Positions 39,401 to 54,400 of a stretch of 64,000 nucleotides of DNA are shown piece by piece. The notes under the pieces were generated by a model that was given only the letters and a program-made list of their open reading frames with translations, did not search any database and was not told where the DNA came from. How positions within the stretch are numbered: position 1 is the first letter of the stretch; every line of letters begins with the position of its first letter. This stretch comes from Eledone cirrhosa (taxonomy: Eukaryota), in contig OZ024744.1 of NCBI GenBank assembly GCA_964016885.1, positions 61,628,001 through 61,692,000 of the forward strand. Reading direction: 5' to 3'. The position numbers and the translations under genes were made by a program.

Positions 39401-42400
39401 ATAGATATGTGGGTCGGTGGTTGGTTTATGAAATATAGAGAAGTGGGTCGGTGGTTGGTTTATAGAATATAGAGATGTGGGTCGGTGGTTGGTTTATGGA
39501 ATATAGAGATGTGGGTCGGTGGTTAGTTTATGGAATATAGAGATGTGAGTGGGTGGTTGATTTATGGAATATAGAGATGTGGGTCGGTGGTTGGCTTACA
39601 GAATATAGGAATATGTATCGGTAGTTGATTTATAGAATATAGAGAAGTGGGTCGGTGGTAGATTTATGGAATATAGAGATGTTGGTCGGTGGTTGGTTTA
39701 TGGAATATAGAGATGTGGGTTGGTGGTTGGTTTATGGAATATAGAGATGTGGGTCGGTGGTTGGTTTATGGAATATAGAGATGTGGGTCGGTGGTTGGTT
39801 TATGGAATATAGAGATGTAGGTTGGTGGTTAGTTTATGGAATATAGAGATGTGGGTCGGTGGTTGGTTTATGGACTATAGAGATGTGGGTCGGTGGTTGG
39901 TTTATGGAATATAGAGATGTGGGGCGGTGGTTGGTTTATGGAATATAGAGATGTGGGTCGGTGGTTGGTTTATGGAATATAGAGATGTGGGTCGGTGGTT
40001 GGTTTGTGGACTATAGAGATGTGGGTCGGTGGTTGGTTTATGGAAAATAGAGATGTGGGTCGGTGGTTGGTTTATGGAATATAGAGATGTGGGTCGGTGG
40101 TTGGTTTATGGAATATAGAGATGTGGGTCGGTGGTTGGTTTATGGAATATAGAGATGTGGGTAGGTGGTTAGTTTATGGAATATAGATATGTGGGTCGGT
40201 GGTTGGTTTATGGAATATAGAGATGTGGGTTGGTGGTTAGTTTATGGAATATAGAGATGTGGGTCGGTGGTTGGTTTATGGACTATAGAGATGTGGGTCG
40301 GTGGTTGGTTTATGGAATATAGAGATGTGGGTCAGTGGTTGGTTTATGGAAAATAGAGATGTGGGTCGGTGGTTGGTTTATGGAATATAGAGTCGTGGGT
40401 CGGTGGTTGGTTTATGGAATATAGAGATGTGGGTTGGTGGTTGGTTTATGGAATATAGAGATGTGAGTTGGTGGTTGGTTTATGGAATATAGATATGTGG
40501 GTCGGTGGTTGGTTTATGGAATATAGATATGTGGGTCGGTGGTTGGTTTATGGAATATAGAGATGTGGGTTGGTGGTTGGTTTATGGAATATAGATATGT
40601 GGGTCGGTGGTTGGTTTATGGAATATAGAGATGTGGGTCGGTGGTTGGCTTACAAAATATAGGAATATGTATCGGTAGTTGATTTATGGAATATAGAGAT
40701 GTGGGTCGGTGGTTGGTTTATGGAATATAGAGATGTGGGTCGGTGGTTGGCTTACAGAGTATAGGAATATCTATCGGTAGTTAATTTATGGAATATAGAG
40801 ATGTGGGTCGGTGGTAGGTTTATGGAATATAGAGATGTGGGTCGGTGGAAGATTTATGGAATATAGATATGTGGGTCGGTGGTTGGTTTATGAAATATAG
40901 AGAAGTGGGTCGGTGGTTGGTTTATAGAATATAGAGATGTGGGTCGGTGGTTGGTTTATGGAATATAGAGATGTGGGTCGGTGGTTAGTTTATGGAATAT
41001 AGAGATGTGAGTGGGTGGTTGATTTATGGAATATAGAGATGTGGGTCGGTGGTTGGCTTACAGAATATAGGAATATGTATCGGTAGTTGATTTATAGAAT
41101 ATAGAGAAGTGGGTCGGTGGTAGATTTATGGAATATAGAGATGTTGGTCGGTGGTTGGTTTATGGAATATAGAGATGTGGGTCGGTGGTTGATTTATGGA
41201 ATATAGAGATGTGGGTCGGTGGTTGAATTATGGAATATAGAGATGTGGGTTGGTGGTTGGTTAATGGAATATAGAGATGTGGGTCGGTGGTTGGTTTATG
41301 GAATATCGAGAAGTGAGTCGGTGGTTGGTTTATGGAATATAGAGATGTGGGTGGTGGTTGGTTTATGGACTATAGAGATGTGGGTTGGTGGTTAGTTTAT
41401 GGAATATAGAGATGTGGGTCGGTGGTTGGTTTATGGACTATAGAGATGTGGGTCGGTGGTTGGTTTATGGAATATAGAGATGTGGGTCAGTGGTTGGTTT
41501 ATGGAAAATAGAGATGTGGGTCGGTGGTTGGTTTATGGAATATAGAGTCGTGGGTCGGTGGTTGGTTTATGGAATATAGAGATGTGGGTTGGTGGTTGGT
41601 TTATGGAATATAGAGATGTGAGTTGGTGGTTGGTTTATGGAATATAGATATGTGGGTCGGTGGTTGGTTTATGGAATATAGATATGTGGGTCGGTGGTTG
41701 GTTTATGGAATATAGATATGTGGGTCGGTGGTTGGTTTATGGAATATAGAGATGTGGGTCGGTGGTTGGCTTACAAAATATAGGAATATGTATCGGTAGT
41801 TGATTTATGGAATATAGAGATGTGGGTCGGTGGTTGGTTTATGGAATATAGAGATGTGGGTTGGTGGTTGGTTTATGGAATATAGAGATGTGGGTCGGTG
41901 GTTGGCTTACAGAGTATAGGAATATCTATCGGTAGTTAATTTATGGAATATAGAGATGTGGGTCGGTGGTAGGTTTATGGAATATAGAGATGTGGGTCGG
42001 TGGTTGGTTTATGGAATATAGAGATGTGGGTCGGTGGAAGATTTATGGAATATAGATATGTGGGTCGGTGGTTGGTTTATGAAATATAGAGAAGTGGGTC
42101 GGTGGTTGGTTTATAGAATATAGAGATGTGGGTCGGTGGTTGGTTTATGGAATATAGAGATGTGGGTCGGTGGTTAGTTTATGGAATATAGAGATGTGAG
42201 TGGGTGGTTGATTTATGGAATATAGAGATGTGGGTCGGTGGTTGGCTTACAGAATATAGGAATATGTATCGGTAGTTGATTTATAGAATATAGAGAAGTG
42301 GGTCGGTGGTAGATTTATGGAATATAGAGATGTTGGTCGGTGGTTGGTTTATGGAATATAGAGATGTGGGTTGGTGGTTGGTTTATGGAATATAGAGATG

Positions 42401-45400
42401 TGGGTCGGTGGTTGGTTTATGGAATATAGAGATGTGGGTCGGTGGTTGGTTTATGGAATATAGAGATGTAGGTTGGTGGTTAGTTTATGGAATATAGAGA
42501 TGTGGGTCGGTGGTTGGTTTATGGACTATAGAGATGTGGGTCGGTGGTTGGTTTATGGAATATAGAGATGTGGGGCGGTGGTTGGTTTATGGAATATAGA
42601 GATGTGGGTCGGTGGTTGGTTTATGGAATATAGAGATGTGGGTCGGTGGTTGGTTTGTGGACTATAGAGATGTGGGTCGGTGGTTGGTTTATGGAAAATA
42701 GAGATGTGGGTCGGTGGTTGGTTTATGGAATATAGAGATGTGGGTCGGTGGTTGGTTTATGGAATATAGAGATGTGGGTCGGTGGTTGGTTTATGGAATA
42801 TAGAGATGTGGGTAGGTGGTTAGTTTATGGAATATAGATATGTGGGTCGGTGGTTGGTTTATGGAATATAGAGATGTGGGTTGGTGGTTAGTTTATGGAA
42901 TATAGAGATGTGGGTCGGTGGTTGGTTTATGGACTATAGAGATGTGGGTCGGTGGTTGGTTTATGGAATATAGAGATGTGGGTCAGTGGTTGGTTTATGG
43001 AAAATAGAGATGTGGGTCGGTGGTTGGTTTATGGAATATAGAGTCGTGGGTCGGTGGTTGGTTTATGGAATATAGAGATGTGGGTTGGTGGTTGGTTTAT
43101 GGAATATAGAGATGTGAGTTGGTGGTTGGTTTATGGAATATAGATATGTGGGTCGGTGGTTGGTTTATGGAATATAGATATGTGGGTCGGTGGTTGGTTT
43201 ATGGAATATAGAGATGTGGGTTGGTGGTTGGTTTATGGAATATAGATATGTGGGTCGGTGGTTGGTTTATGGAATATAGAGATGTGGGTCGGTGGTTGGC
43301 TTACAAAATATAGGAATATGTATCGGTAGTTGATTTATGGAATATAGAGATGTGGGTCGGTGGTTGGTTTATGGAATATAGAGATGTGGGTCGGTGGTTG
43401 GCTTACAGAGTATAGGAATATCTATCGGTAGTTAATTTATGGAATATAGAGATGTGGGTCGGTGGTAGGTTTATGGAATATAGAGATGTGGGTCGGTGGA
43501 AGATTTATGGAATATAGATATGTGGGTCGGTGGTTGGTTTATGAAATATAGAGAAGTGGGTCGGTGGTTGGTTTATAGAATATAGAGATGTGGGTCGGTG
43601 GTTGGTTTATGGAATATAGAGATGTGGGTCGGTGGTTAGTTTATGGAATATAGAGATGTGAGTGGGTGGTTGATTTATGGAATATAGAGATGTGGGTCGG
43701 TGGTTGGCTTACAGAATATAGGAATATGTATCGGTAGTTGATTTATAGAATATAGAGAAGTGGGTCGGTGGTAGATTTATGGAATATAGAGATGTTGGTC
43801 GGTGGTTGGTTTATGGAATATAGAGATGTGGGTCGGTGGTTGATTTATGGAATATAGAGATGTGGGTCGGTGGTTGAATTATGGAATATAGAGATGTGGG
43901 TTGGTGGTTGGTTAATGGAATATAGAGATGTGGGTCGGTGGTTGGTTTATGGAATATCGAGAAGTGAGTCGGTGGTTGGTTTATGGAATATAGAGATGTG
44001 GGTGGTGGTTGGTTTATGGACTATAGAGATGTGGATCGGTGGTTGGTTTATGGAATATAGAGATGTGGGTCGGTGGTTGGTTTATGGAGTATAGAGAAGT
44101 GAGTCGGTGGTTGGTTTATGGAATATAGAGATGTGGGTCAGTGGCTGGCTTACAGAATATAGAGATGTGGGTCGGTGGTTGGTTTATGGAATATAGACAT
44201 GTGGGTCGGTGGTTGGTTTATGGAATCTAGAGAAGTGGGTCGGTGGTTGGTTTATGGAATATAGATATGTGGGTCGGTGGTTGGTTTATGGAATATAGAG
44301 AAGTGGGTCGGTGGTTGATTTATGGAATATAGAGATGTGGGTGGTGGTTTGTTTATGGAATATAGAGAAGTGAGTCGGTCGTTGGTTTATGGAATATAGA
44401 GAACTGGATTGGTGGTTGGCTTACAGAATATAGGAATATGTATCGGTAGTTGATTTATAGAATATAGAGAAGTGGGTCGGTGGCTTGTTTATGGAATTTA
44501 GAGATGTGGGTTGGTGGTTGGTTTATGGAATATAGAGATGTGGGTCGGTGGTTGGTTTATGGAATATAGAGAAGTGGGTCGGTGGTTTGTTTATGGAATA
44601 TAGAGAAGTGAGTCGGTGGTTGTTTATAGAATATAGAGAAGTGGGTTGGTGGTTGGTTTATGGAAAATAGAGAAGTGAGTCCGTGGTTGGGTTATGGAAT
44701 ATAGAAATATTGGTCGGTGGGTGGTTTATGGAATATAGAGATGTGGGTCGGTGGTTGGTTTATGGAATATAGAGAAGTGAGTCGATGGTTGGTTTATGGA
44801 ATATAGAGATGTGGGTCGGGGGTTGGTTTATGGACTATAGAGATGTGGGTCGGTAGTTGATTTATGGAATATAGAGATGTGGGTCGGTGGTTGGTTTATG
44901 GAATATAGAGATGTGGGTCGGTGGTTGGTTTATGGAATATAGAGAAGTGAGTCGGTGGTTGGTTTATGGAATATAGAGATGTGGGTCAGTGGTTGGTTTA
45001 TGGAATATAGAGATGTGGTTCTGTGGTTGGTTTATGGAATATAGAGAAGTGAGTCGGTGGTTGGTTTATGGAATATAGAGATGTGGGTCAGTGGTTGGTT
45101 TATGGAATATAGAGATGTGGGTCGGTGGTTGGTTTATGGAATATAGAGATGTGGGTCGGTGGTTGGTTTATGGAATATAGAGAAGTGAGTCGGTGGTTGG
45201 TTTATGGAATATAGAGATGTGGGTCAGTGGTTGGTTTATGGAATATAGAGATGTGGGTCGGTGGTTGGTTTATGGAATATAGAGAAGTGGGTTGGTGGTT
45301 GGTTTATGGAATAAAGAGATGTGAGTCTGTGGTTGGTTTATGGAATATAGAGATGTGGGTCGGTGTTTGGTTTATGGAATTTAGAGATGTGGGTGGTGAT

Positions 45401-48400
45401 TGTTTATGGAATATAGAGAAGTGGGTCGGTGGTTGGTTTATGGAATATAGAGATGTGGGTCGGTGGTTGGTTTATGGAATATAGAGAAGTGAGTCGGTGG
45501 TTGGTTTATGGAATATAGAGATGTGGGTCGGTGGTTGGTTTATGGAATATAGAGAAGTGGGTCGGTGGTTTGTTTATGGAATTTAGAGATGTGGGTCGGG
45601 CGTTGGTTTATGGACTATAGAGATGTGGGTCGGTGGTTGGTTTATGGAATATAGAGATGTGGGTCGGTAGTTGATTTATGGAATATAGAGATGTGGGTCA
45701 TTGGTTGGTTTATGGAATATAGAGAAGTGAGTCGGTGTTTGATTTATGGAATATAGAGATGTGGGTCATTGGTTGGTTTATGGAATATAGAGATGTGGGT
45801 CAGTGGTTGGTTTATGGAATATAGAGATGTGGGTCGGTGGTTGGTTTATGGAATATAGAGATGTGGGTCGGTGGTTGGTTTATGGAATATAGAGATGTGG
45901 GTCGGTGGTTGGTTTATGGAATATAGAGATGTGGGTCAGTGGCTGGATTACAGAATATAGAGATGTGGGTCGGTGGTTGGTTTATGGAATATAGAGATGT
46001 GGGTCGGTGGTTGGTTTATGGAATATAGAGATGTGGGTCGGTGGTTGGTTTATGGACTATAGAGATGTGGATCGGTGGTTGGTTTATGGAATATAGAGAT
46101 GTGGGTCGGTGGTTGGTTTATGGAATATAGAGATGTGGGTCGGTGGATGGTTTATGGAATATAGAGATGTGGGTCGGTGGTTGGTTTATGGAATATAGAG
46201 ATGTGGGTCAGTGGCTGGCTTACAGAATATAGAGATGTGGGTCGGTGGTTGGTTTATGGAATATAGAGATGTGGGTCTGTGGTTGGTTTATGGAATATAG
46301 AGATGTGGGTCGGTGGTTGGTTTATGGAATATAGAGATGTGGGTCGGTGGTCGGTTTATGGAATATAGAGATGTGGGTCAGTGGTTGGTTTATGGAATAT
46401 AGAGATGTGGGTCGGTGGTTGGTTTATGGAATATAGATATGTGGGTCGGTGGTTGGTTTATAGAATATAGAGATATGGGTCATTGGTTGGTTTATGGAAT
46501 ATAGAGATGTGGGTCGGTGGTTGGCTTACAGAGTATAGGAATATCTATCGGTAGTTAATTTACGGAATATAGAGATGTGGGTCGGTGGTTGGTTTATGGA
46601 ATATAGAGATGTGGGTCGGTGGAAGATTTATGGAATATAGATATGTGGGTCGGTGGTTGGTTTATGGACTACAGAGATGTGGATCGGTGGTTGGTTTATG
46701 GAATATAGAGATGTGGGTCGGTGGTTGGTTTATGGAATATAGAGAAGTGAGTCGGTGGTTGGTTTATGGAATATAGATATGTGGGTCAGTGGCTGGCTTA
46801 CAGAATATAGAGATGTGGGTCGGTGGTTAGTTTATGTAATATAGAGATGTGGGTCGGTGGTTGGTTTATGGAATATAGAGATGTGGGTCGGTGGTCGGTT
46901 TATGGAATATAGAGATGTGGGTCGGTGGTTAGTTTATGGAATATAGAGATGTGGGTCGGTGGTAGGTTTATGGAATATAGAAATGAGGGTCGGTGGTCGG
47001 TTTATGGAATATAGAGTCGTGGGTCGGTGGTTGGTTTATGGAATATAGAGATGTGGATCGGTGGTCGGTTTATAGAATATAGAGATGTGGGTCATTGGTT
47101 GGTTTATGGAATATAGAGATGTGGGTCAGTGGTTGGTTTATGGAATAAAGAGAAGTGGGTCGGTGGTTGGTTTATGGAATATAGAGATGTGGGTCGGTGG
47201 TTGATTTATGGAATATAGAGATGTGGGTCGGTGGTTGGTTTATGGAATATAGAGATGTGGGTCGGTGGTTGGTTTATGGACTACAGAGATGTGGATCGGT
47301 GGTTGGTTTATGGAATATAGAGAAGTGGGTCGGTGGTTGGTTTATGGAATAAAGAGATGTGAGTCGGTGGTTGGTTTATGGAATATAGAAAAGTGGTTTG
47401 GTGGTTGGTTTACAGAATATAGGAACATGTATCGGTAGTTGATTTATAGAATATAGAGAAGTGGGTCGGTGGTTTGTTTATGGAATTTAGAGATGTGGGT
47501 CGGGGGTTGGTTTACGGACTATAGAGATGTGGGTCGGTAGTTGGTTTATAGAATATAGAGATGTGGGTCTGTGGTTGGTTTATGGAATATAGAGATGTGG
47601 GTCGGTGGTTGGTTTATGGAATATAGAGAAGTGAGTCGGTGGTTGGTTTATGGAATATAGAGATGTGGGTCAGTGGTTGGTTTATGGAATTTAGAGATGT
47701 GGGTTGGTGGTTGGTTTATGGAATATAGAGAAGTGGGTCGGTGGTTGGTTTATGGAATATAGAGATGTGGGTCAGTGGTTGGTTTATGGAATATAGAGAT
47801 GTGGGTCGGTGGTTGGTTTATGGAATATAGAGATGTGGGTCGGTGGTTGGTTTATGGAATATAGAGAAGTGAGTCGGTGGTTGGTTTATGGAATATAGAG
47901 ATGTGGGTCGGTGGTTGATTTATGGAATATAGAGATGTGGGTCGGTGGTTGAATTATGGAATATAGAGATGTGGGTTGGTGGTTGGTTAATGGAATATAG
48001 AGATGTGGGTTGGTGGTTGGTTTATGGAATATAGAGATGTGTGTCGGTGGTTGGTTTATGGACTATAGAGATGTGGGTAGGTGGTTGGTTTATGGAATAT
48101 AGAGATGTGGGTCAGTGGTTGGTTTATGGAATTTAGAGATGTGGGTTGGTGGTTGGTTTATGGAATATAGAGATGTGGGTCGGTGGTAGGTTTATGGAAT
48201 ATAGAGATGTGGGTCGGTGGTCGGTTTATGGAATATAGAGATGTGGGTCGGTTGTTGGTTTATGGAATATAGCGATGTGGGTCGGTGGTTGATTTATGGA
48301 ATATAGAGATGTGGGTCGGTGGTTGAATTATGGAATATAGAGATGTGGGTTGGTGGTTGGTTAATGGAATATAGAGAAGTGGGTCGGTGGTTGGTTTATG

Positions 48401-51400
48401 GGATATAGAGAAGTGAGTCGGTGGTTGGTTTATGGAATATAGAGATGTGGGTGGTGGTTGGTTTATGGACTATAGAGATGTGGATCGGTGGTTGGTTTAT
48501 GGAATATAGAGATGTGGGTCGGTTGTTGGTTTATGGAGTATAGAGAAGTAAGTCGGTGGTTGGTTTATGGAATATAGAGATGTGGGTCAGTGGCTGGCTT
48601 ACTGAATATAGAGATGTGGGTCGGTGGTTGGTTTATGGAATATAGAGATGTGGGTCGGTGGTTGGTTTATGGAATATAGAGATGTGGGTCGGTGGTTGGT
48701 TTATGGAATATAGAGAAGTGGGTCCGTTGTTGGTTTATGGAATATAGAGAAGTGAGTCGGTGGTTGGTTTATGGAATCTAGAGAAGTGGGTCGGTGGTTG
48801 GTTTATGGAATATAGATATGTGGGTCGGTGGTTGGTTTATGGAATATGGAGAAGTGGGTTGGTGGTTGATTTATGGAATATAGAGATGTGGGTGGTGGTT
48901 TGTTTATGGAATATAGAGAAGTGAGTCGGTCGTTGGTTTATGGAATATAGAGAACTGGGTTGGTGGTTGGCTTACAGAATATAGGAATATGTATCGGTAG
49001 TTGATTTATAGAATATAGAGAAATGGGTTGGTGGTTGGTTTATGGAATATAGAGATGTGGGTCGGTGGTTGGTTTATGGAACATAGAGATGTGGGTCGGT
49101 GGATTGTTTATGGAATATAGAGAAGTGAGTCGGTGGTTGTTTATAGAATATAGAGAAGTGGGTTGGTGGTTGGTTTATGGAAAATAGAGAAGTGAGTCCG
49201 TGGTTGGGTTATGGAATATAGAAATGTTGGTCGGTGGGTGGTTTATGGAATATAGAGATGTGGGTCGGTGGTTGGTTTATGGAATATAGAGAAGTGAGTC
49301 GATGGTTGGTTTATGGAATATAGAGATGTGGGTCGGTAGTTGATTTATGGAATATAGAGAAGTGAGTCGGTGGTTGGTTTATGGAATATAGAGATGTGGG
49401 TCGGTGGTTGGTTTATGGAATATAGAGATGTGGGTCTGTGGTTGGTTTATGGAATATAGAGAAGTGAGTCGGTGGTTGGTTTATGGAATATAGAGATGTG
49501 GGTTCATGGTTGGTTTGTGGAATATAGAGATGTGGGTCGGTGGTTGGTTTATGGAATATAGAGAAGTGAGTCGGTGGTTGGTTTATGGAATAAAGAGATG
49601 TGAGTCTGTGGTTGGTTTACGGAATATAGAGATGTGGGTGGTGGTTTGTTTATGGAATATAGAGATGTGGGTCGGTGGTTGGTTTATGGAATATAGAGAT
49701 GTGGGTTGGTGATTGGTTTATGGAATATAGAGAAGTGGGTCGGTGGTTGGTTTATGGAATATAGAGATGTGGGTCGGTCGTTGGTTTATGGAATATAGAG
49801 AAGTGAGTCGGTCGTTGGTTTATGGAATATAGAGAAGTGGGTTGGTGGTTGGCTTACAGAATATAGGAATATGTATCGGTAGTTGATTTATAGAATATAG
49901 AGAAGTGGGTCGGTGGTTTGTTTATGGAATTTAGAGATGTGGGTCGGGGGTTGGTTTATGGAATATAGAGAAGTGAGTCGGTGGTTGGTTTATGGAATAT
50001 AGAGATGTGGGTCAGTGGTTGGTTTATGGAATATAGAGATGTGGGTCGGTGGTTGGTTTATGGAATATAGAGATGTGGGTCGGTGGTTGGTTTATGGAAT
50101 TTAGAGATGTGGGTTGGTGGTTGGTTTATGGAATATAGAGAAGTGGGTCGGTGGTTGGTTTATGGAATATAGAGATGTGGGTCAGTGGTTGGTTTATGGA
50201 ATATAGAGATGTGGGTCGGTGGTTGGTTTATGGAATATAGAGAAGTGAGTCGGTGGTTGGTTTATGGAATATAGAGATGTGGGTCGGTGGTTGGTTTATG
50301 GAATATAGAGAAGTGGGTTGGTGGTTGGTTTATGGAATATAGAGATGTGGGTCGGTGGTTGGTTTATGGAATATAGAGAAGTGAGTCGGTGGTTGGTTTA
50401 TGGAATAAAGAGATGTGAGTCTGTGGTTGGTTTACGGAATATAGAGATGTGGGTGGTGGTTTGTTTATGGAATATAGAGATGTGGGTCGGTGGTTGGTTT
50501 ATGGAATATAGAGATGTGGGTTGGTGATTGGTTTATGGAATATAGAGATGTGGGTTCATGGTTGGTTTGTGGAATATAGAGATGTGGGTTGGTGGTTGGT
50601 TTATGGAATATAGAGAAGTGAGTCGGTGGTTGGTTTATGGAATAAAGAGATGTGAGTCTGTGGTTGGTTTACGGAATATAGAGATGTGGGTCGGTGGTTG
50701 GTTTATGGAATATAGAGATGTGGGTCGGTGGTTGGTTTATGGAATAAAGAGATGTAAGTCGGAGGTTGGTTTATGGAATATAGATATGTTAGTCGGTGGT
50801 TGATTTATGGAATATAGAGATGTGGATCATTGGTTGGTTTATGGAATATAGAGAAGTGGGTCGGTGGTTGGTTTATGGAATATAGAGAAGTGGGTTGGTG
50901 GTTTTTTTCTGGAAAATAGAAATGTTGGTCGGTGGGTGGTTTATGGAATATAGAGGTGTGGGTCGGTGGTTGGTTTATGGAATATAGAGAAGTGAGTCGG
51001 TGGTTGGTTTATGGAATATAGAGGTGTGGGTCGGTGGTTGGTTTATGGAATATAGATATGTGGGTCAGTGGTCGGTTTATGGAATATAGAGAAGTGGGTC
51101 GGTGGTTGGTTTATGGAATACAGAGATGTGGGTTGGTGGTTGGTTTATGGAATATAGAGGTGTGGTTCGGTGGTTGGTTTATGGAATATAGAAATGTTGG
51201 TCGGTGGTTGATATATGGAATATAGAGATGTAGGCCGGTGGTTGGTTTATGGAATATAGAGATGTGGGTCGGTGGTTGGCTTACAGAATATAGGAATATG
51301 TATCGGAGGTTGATTTATGGAATATAGAGATGTAGGTCGGTGGTTAGTTTATGGAATATAGAGATGTGGGTCGGTGGTTGGTTTATGGAATATAGAGAAG

Positions 51401-54400
51401 TGAGTCGGTGGTTGGTTTATGCAATATAGAGAAGTGGGTCGGTGGTTGGTTTATAGAATATAGAGATGTGGGTCAGTGGTTGGTTTATGGAATATAGAGA
51501 AGTTAGTCGGTGGTTGGTTGATGGAATATAGAGATGTGAGTCGGTGGTTGATTTATGGAATATAAAGAAGTGGGTCGGTGGTTGGTTTATGGAATATAGA
51601 GATGTGGGTCAGTGTTTGGTTTATGGAATATAGAGAAGTCAGTCGGTGGTTGGTTTATGGAATATAGAGAAGTGAGTCGGTAGTTGATTTATGGAATATA
51701 GAGATGTGGGTCGGTGGTTGGTTTATGGAATATAGACAATTGAGTCGGTGGTTGGTTTATGGAATATAGAGATGTGGGTTGGTGGTTGGTTTATGGAATA
51801 TAGAGAAGTGAGTCGGTGGTTGGTTTATGGAATATAGAGAAGTGGATCGGTGGTTGATTTATGGAATATAGAGATGTGGGCCGGTGGTTGGTTTATGGAA
51901 TATAGAGATGTGTGTCGGTGGTTGGTTTATTGAATATAGAGAAGTGAGTCGGTGGTTGGTTTATGGAATATAGTGATGTGGGTTGGTGGTTTGTTTATGG
52001 AATATAGAGAAATGAGTCGGTGGTTGGTTCATGGAATATAGAGAAGTGGGTCGGTGGTTGTTTATAGAATATAGAGAAGTGGGTTGGTGGTTGGTTTATG
52101 GAAAATAGAGAAGTGAGTCGGTGGTTGGTTTATGGAATATAGAAATGTTGGTCGGTGGTTGGTTTATGGAATATAGAGAAGTGAGTCGGTCGTTGGTTTA
52201 TGGAATATAGAGAAGTGAGTCGGTGGTTGGTTTATGGAATATAGAGATGTGGGTCGGTGGTCGATTTATGGAATATAGAGATGTGGGTGGGTGGTTGGTT
52301 TATGGAATATAGAGAAGTGAGTCGGTAGTTGATTTATGGAATATAGAGATGTGGGTCGGTGGTTGGTTTATGGAATATAGAAATGTTGGTCGGTGGTTGG
52401 TTTATGGAATATAGACAATTGAATCGGTGGTTGGTTTATGGAATATAGAGATGTGGGTTGGTGGTTGGTTTATGGAATATAGAGGAGTCAGTGGTTGGTT
52501 TATGGAATATAGAGAAGTGGATCGGTGGTTGGTTTATGGAATATAGAGATATGGGTCGGTGGTTGGTTTATGGAATATAGAGAAGTGGGTCGGTGGTTGA
52601 TTTATGGAATATAGAGATGTGGGTCGGTGTTTGATTTATGGAATATAGAGATGTGGGTCGGTGGTTGGTTTATGGAATATAGAGATGTGGCTCGGTGGTT
52701 GGTTTATGGAATATAGAGATGTGGGTCGGTGGTTGGTTTATGGAATAGAGAGAAGTGATTCGGTGGTTGGTTTATGGAATATAGAGAAGTGAGTTGGTGG
52801 TTGGTTTATGGAATATAGAGATATGGGTCGGTGGTTGGTTTATGGAATATAGAGATGTGGGTCGGTGGTTGGTTTATGGAATATAGAGATGTGGGTCGGT
52901 GGTTGGTTTATGGAATATAGAGATGTGTGTCGGTGGTTGGTTTATGGAATATAGAGATGTGGGTCGGTGGTTGGTTTATGGAATATAGAGATGTGGGTCG
53001 GTGGTTGGTTTATGGAATAGAGAGAAGTGATTCGGTGCTTGGTTTATGGAATATAGAGAAGTGGGTCGGTGGTTGTTTTATGGAATATAGAGATGTGGGT
53101 CGGTGGTTGGTTTATGGAATATAGAGATGTGGGTCGGTGGTTGGTTTATGGAATATAGAGATGTGGGTCAGTGATTGGTTTATGGAATATAGAGATGTGG
53201 GTCAGTGATTGGTTTATGGAATATAGAGATGTGGGTCGGTGGTTGGTTTATGGAATATAGAGATGTGGGTCGGTGGTTGGTTTATGGAATATAGATATGT
53301 GGGTCGGTGGTTGGTTTTATGGAATATAGAGATGTGGGTCGGTGGTTGGTTTATGGAATATAGAGATGTGGGTCGGTGGTTGGTTTATGGAATATAGAGA
53401 TGTGTGTCGGTGGTTGGTTTATTGAATATAGAGATGTGGGTTGGTGGTTGGTTTATGGAATATAGATATGTGGGTCGGTGGTTGGTTTATGGAATATAGA
53501 GATGTGGGTTGGTGGTCAGTTTATGGAATATAGAGATGTGGGTCTGTGGTTGGTTTATGGAATATAGAGATGTGGGTTGGTGGTTGGTTTATGGAATATA
53601 GAGAAGTGGATCGGTGGTCTGTTTATGAAATATAGAGATGTGGGTCGGTGGTTGGTTTATGGAATATAGAGATGTGGGTTGGTGATTGGTTTATGGAATA
53701 TAGAGATGTGGGTCGGTGGTTGCTTTTATGGAATATAGAAATGTTGGTCGGTGGTTGATATATGGAATATAGAGATGTAGGTCGGTGGTTGGTTTATGGA
53801 ATATAGAGATGTGGGTCTGTGGTTGGTTTATGGAATATAGAGAAGTGAGTCGGTGGTTGGTTTATGGAATATAGAGATATGGGTCGGTGGTTGGTTTATG
53901 GAATATAGAGATGTGGGTCGGTGGTTGGTTTATGGAATATAGAGATGTGGTTCAGTGGTTGATTTATGGAATATAGAGATGTGGGTCGGTGGTTGGTTTA
54001 TGGAATATAGAGAAGTGAGTCTGTGGTTGGTTTATGGAATATAGAGATGTGGGTCGGTGGTTGGTTTATGGAATATAGAAATGTGGGTCGGTGGTTGGTT
54101 TATGGAATATAGAGATGTGGTTCAGTGGTTGATTTATGGAATATAGAGATGTGGGTCGGTGGTTGGTTTATGGAATATAGAGAAGTGAGTCGGTGGTAGG
54201 TTTATGGAATATAGAGATGTGGGTCAGTGGTTGGTTTATGGAATATAGAGAAGTGATTCGGTGGTTGGTTTATGGAATATAGAGAAGTGAGTTGGTGGTT
54301 GGTTTATGGAATATAGGGATATGGGTCGGTGGTTGGTTTGGCGTCACGCAGTAATACAGGGTACCCGACCTCCCATGGGTACATGCTGAAGCATATAAAC

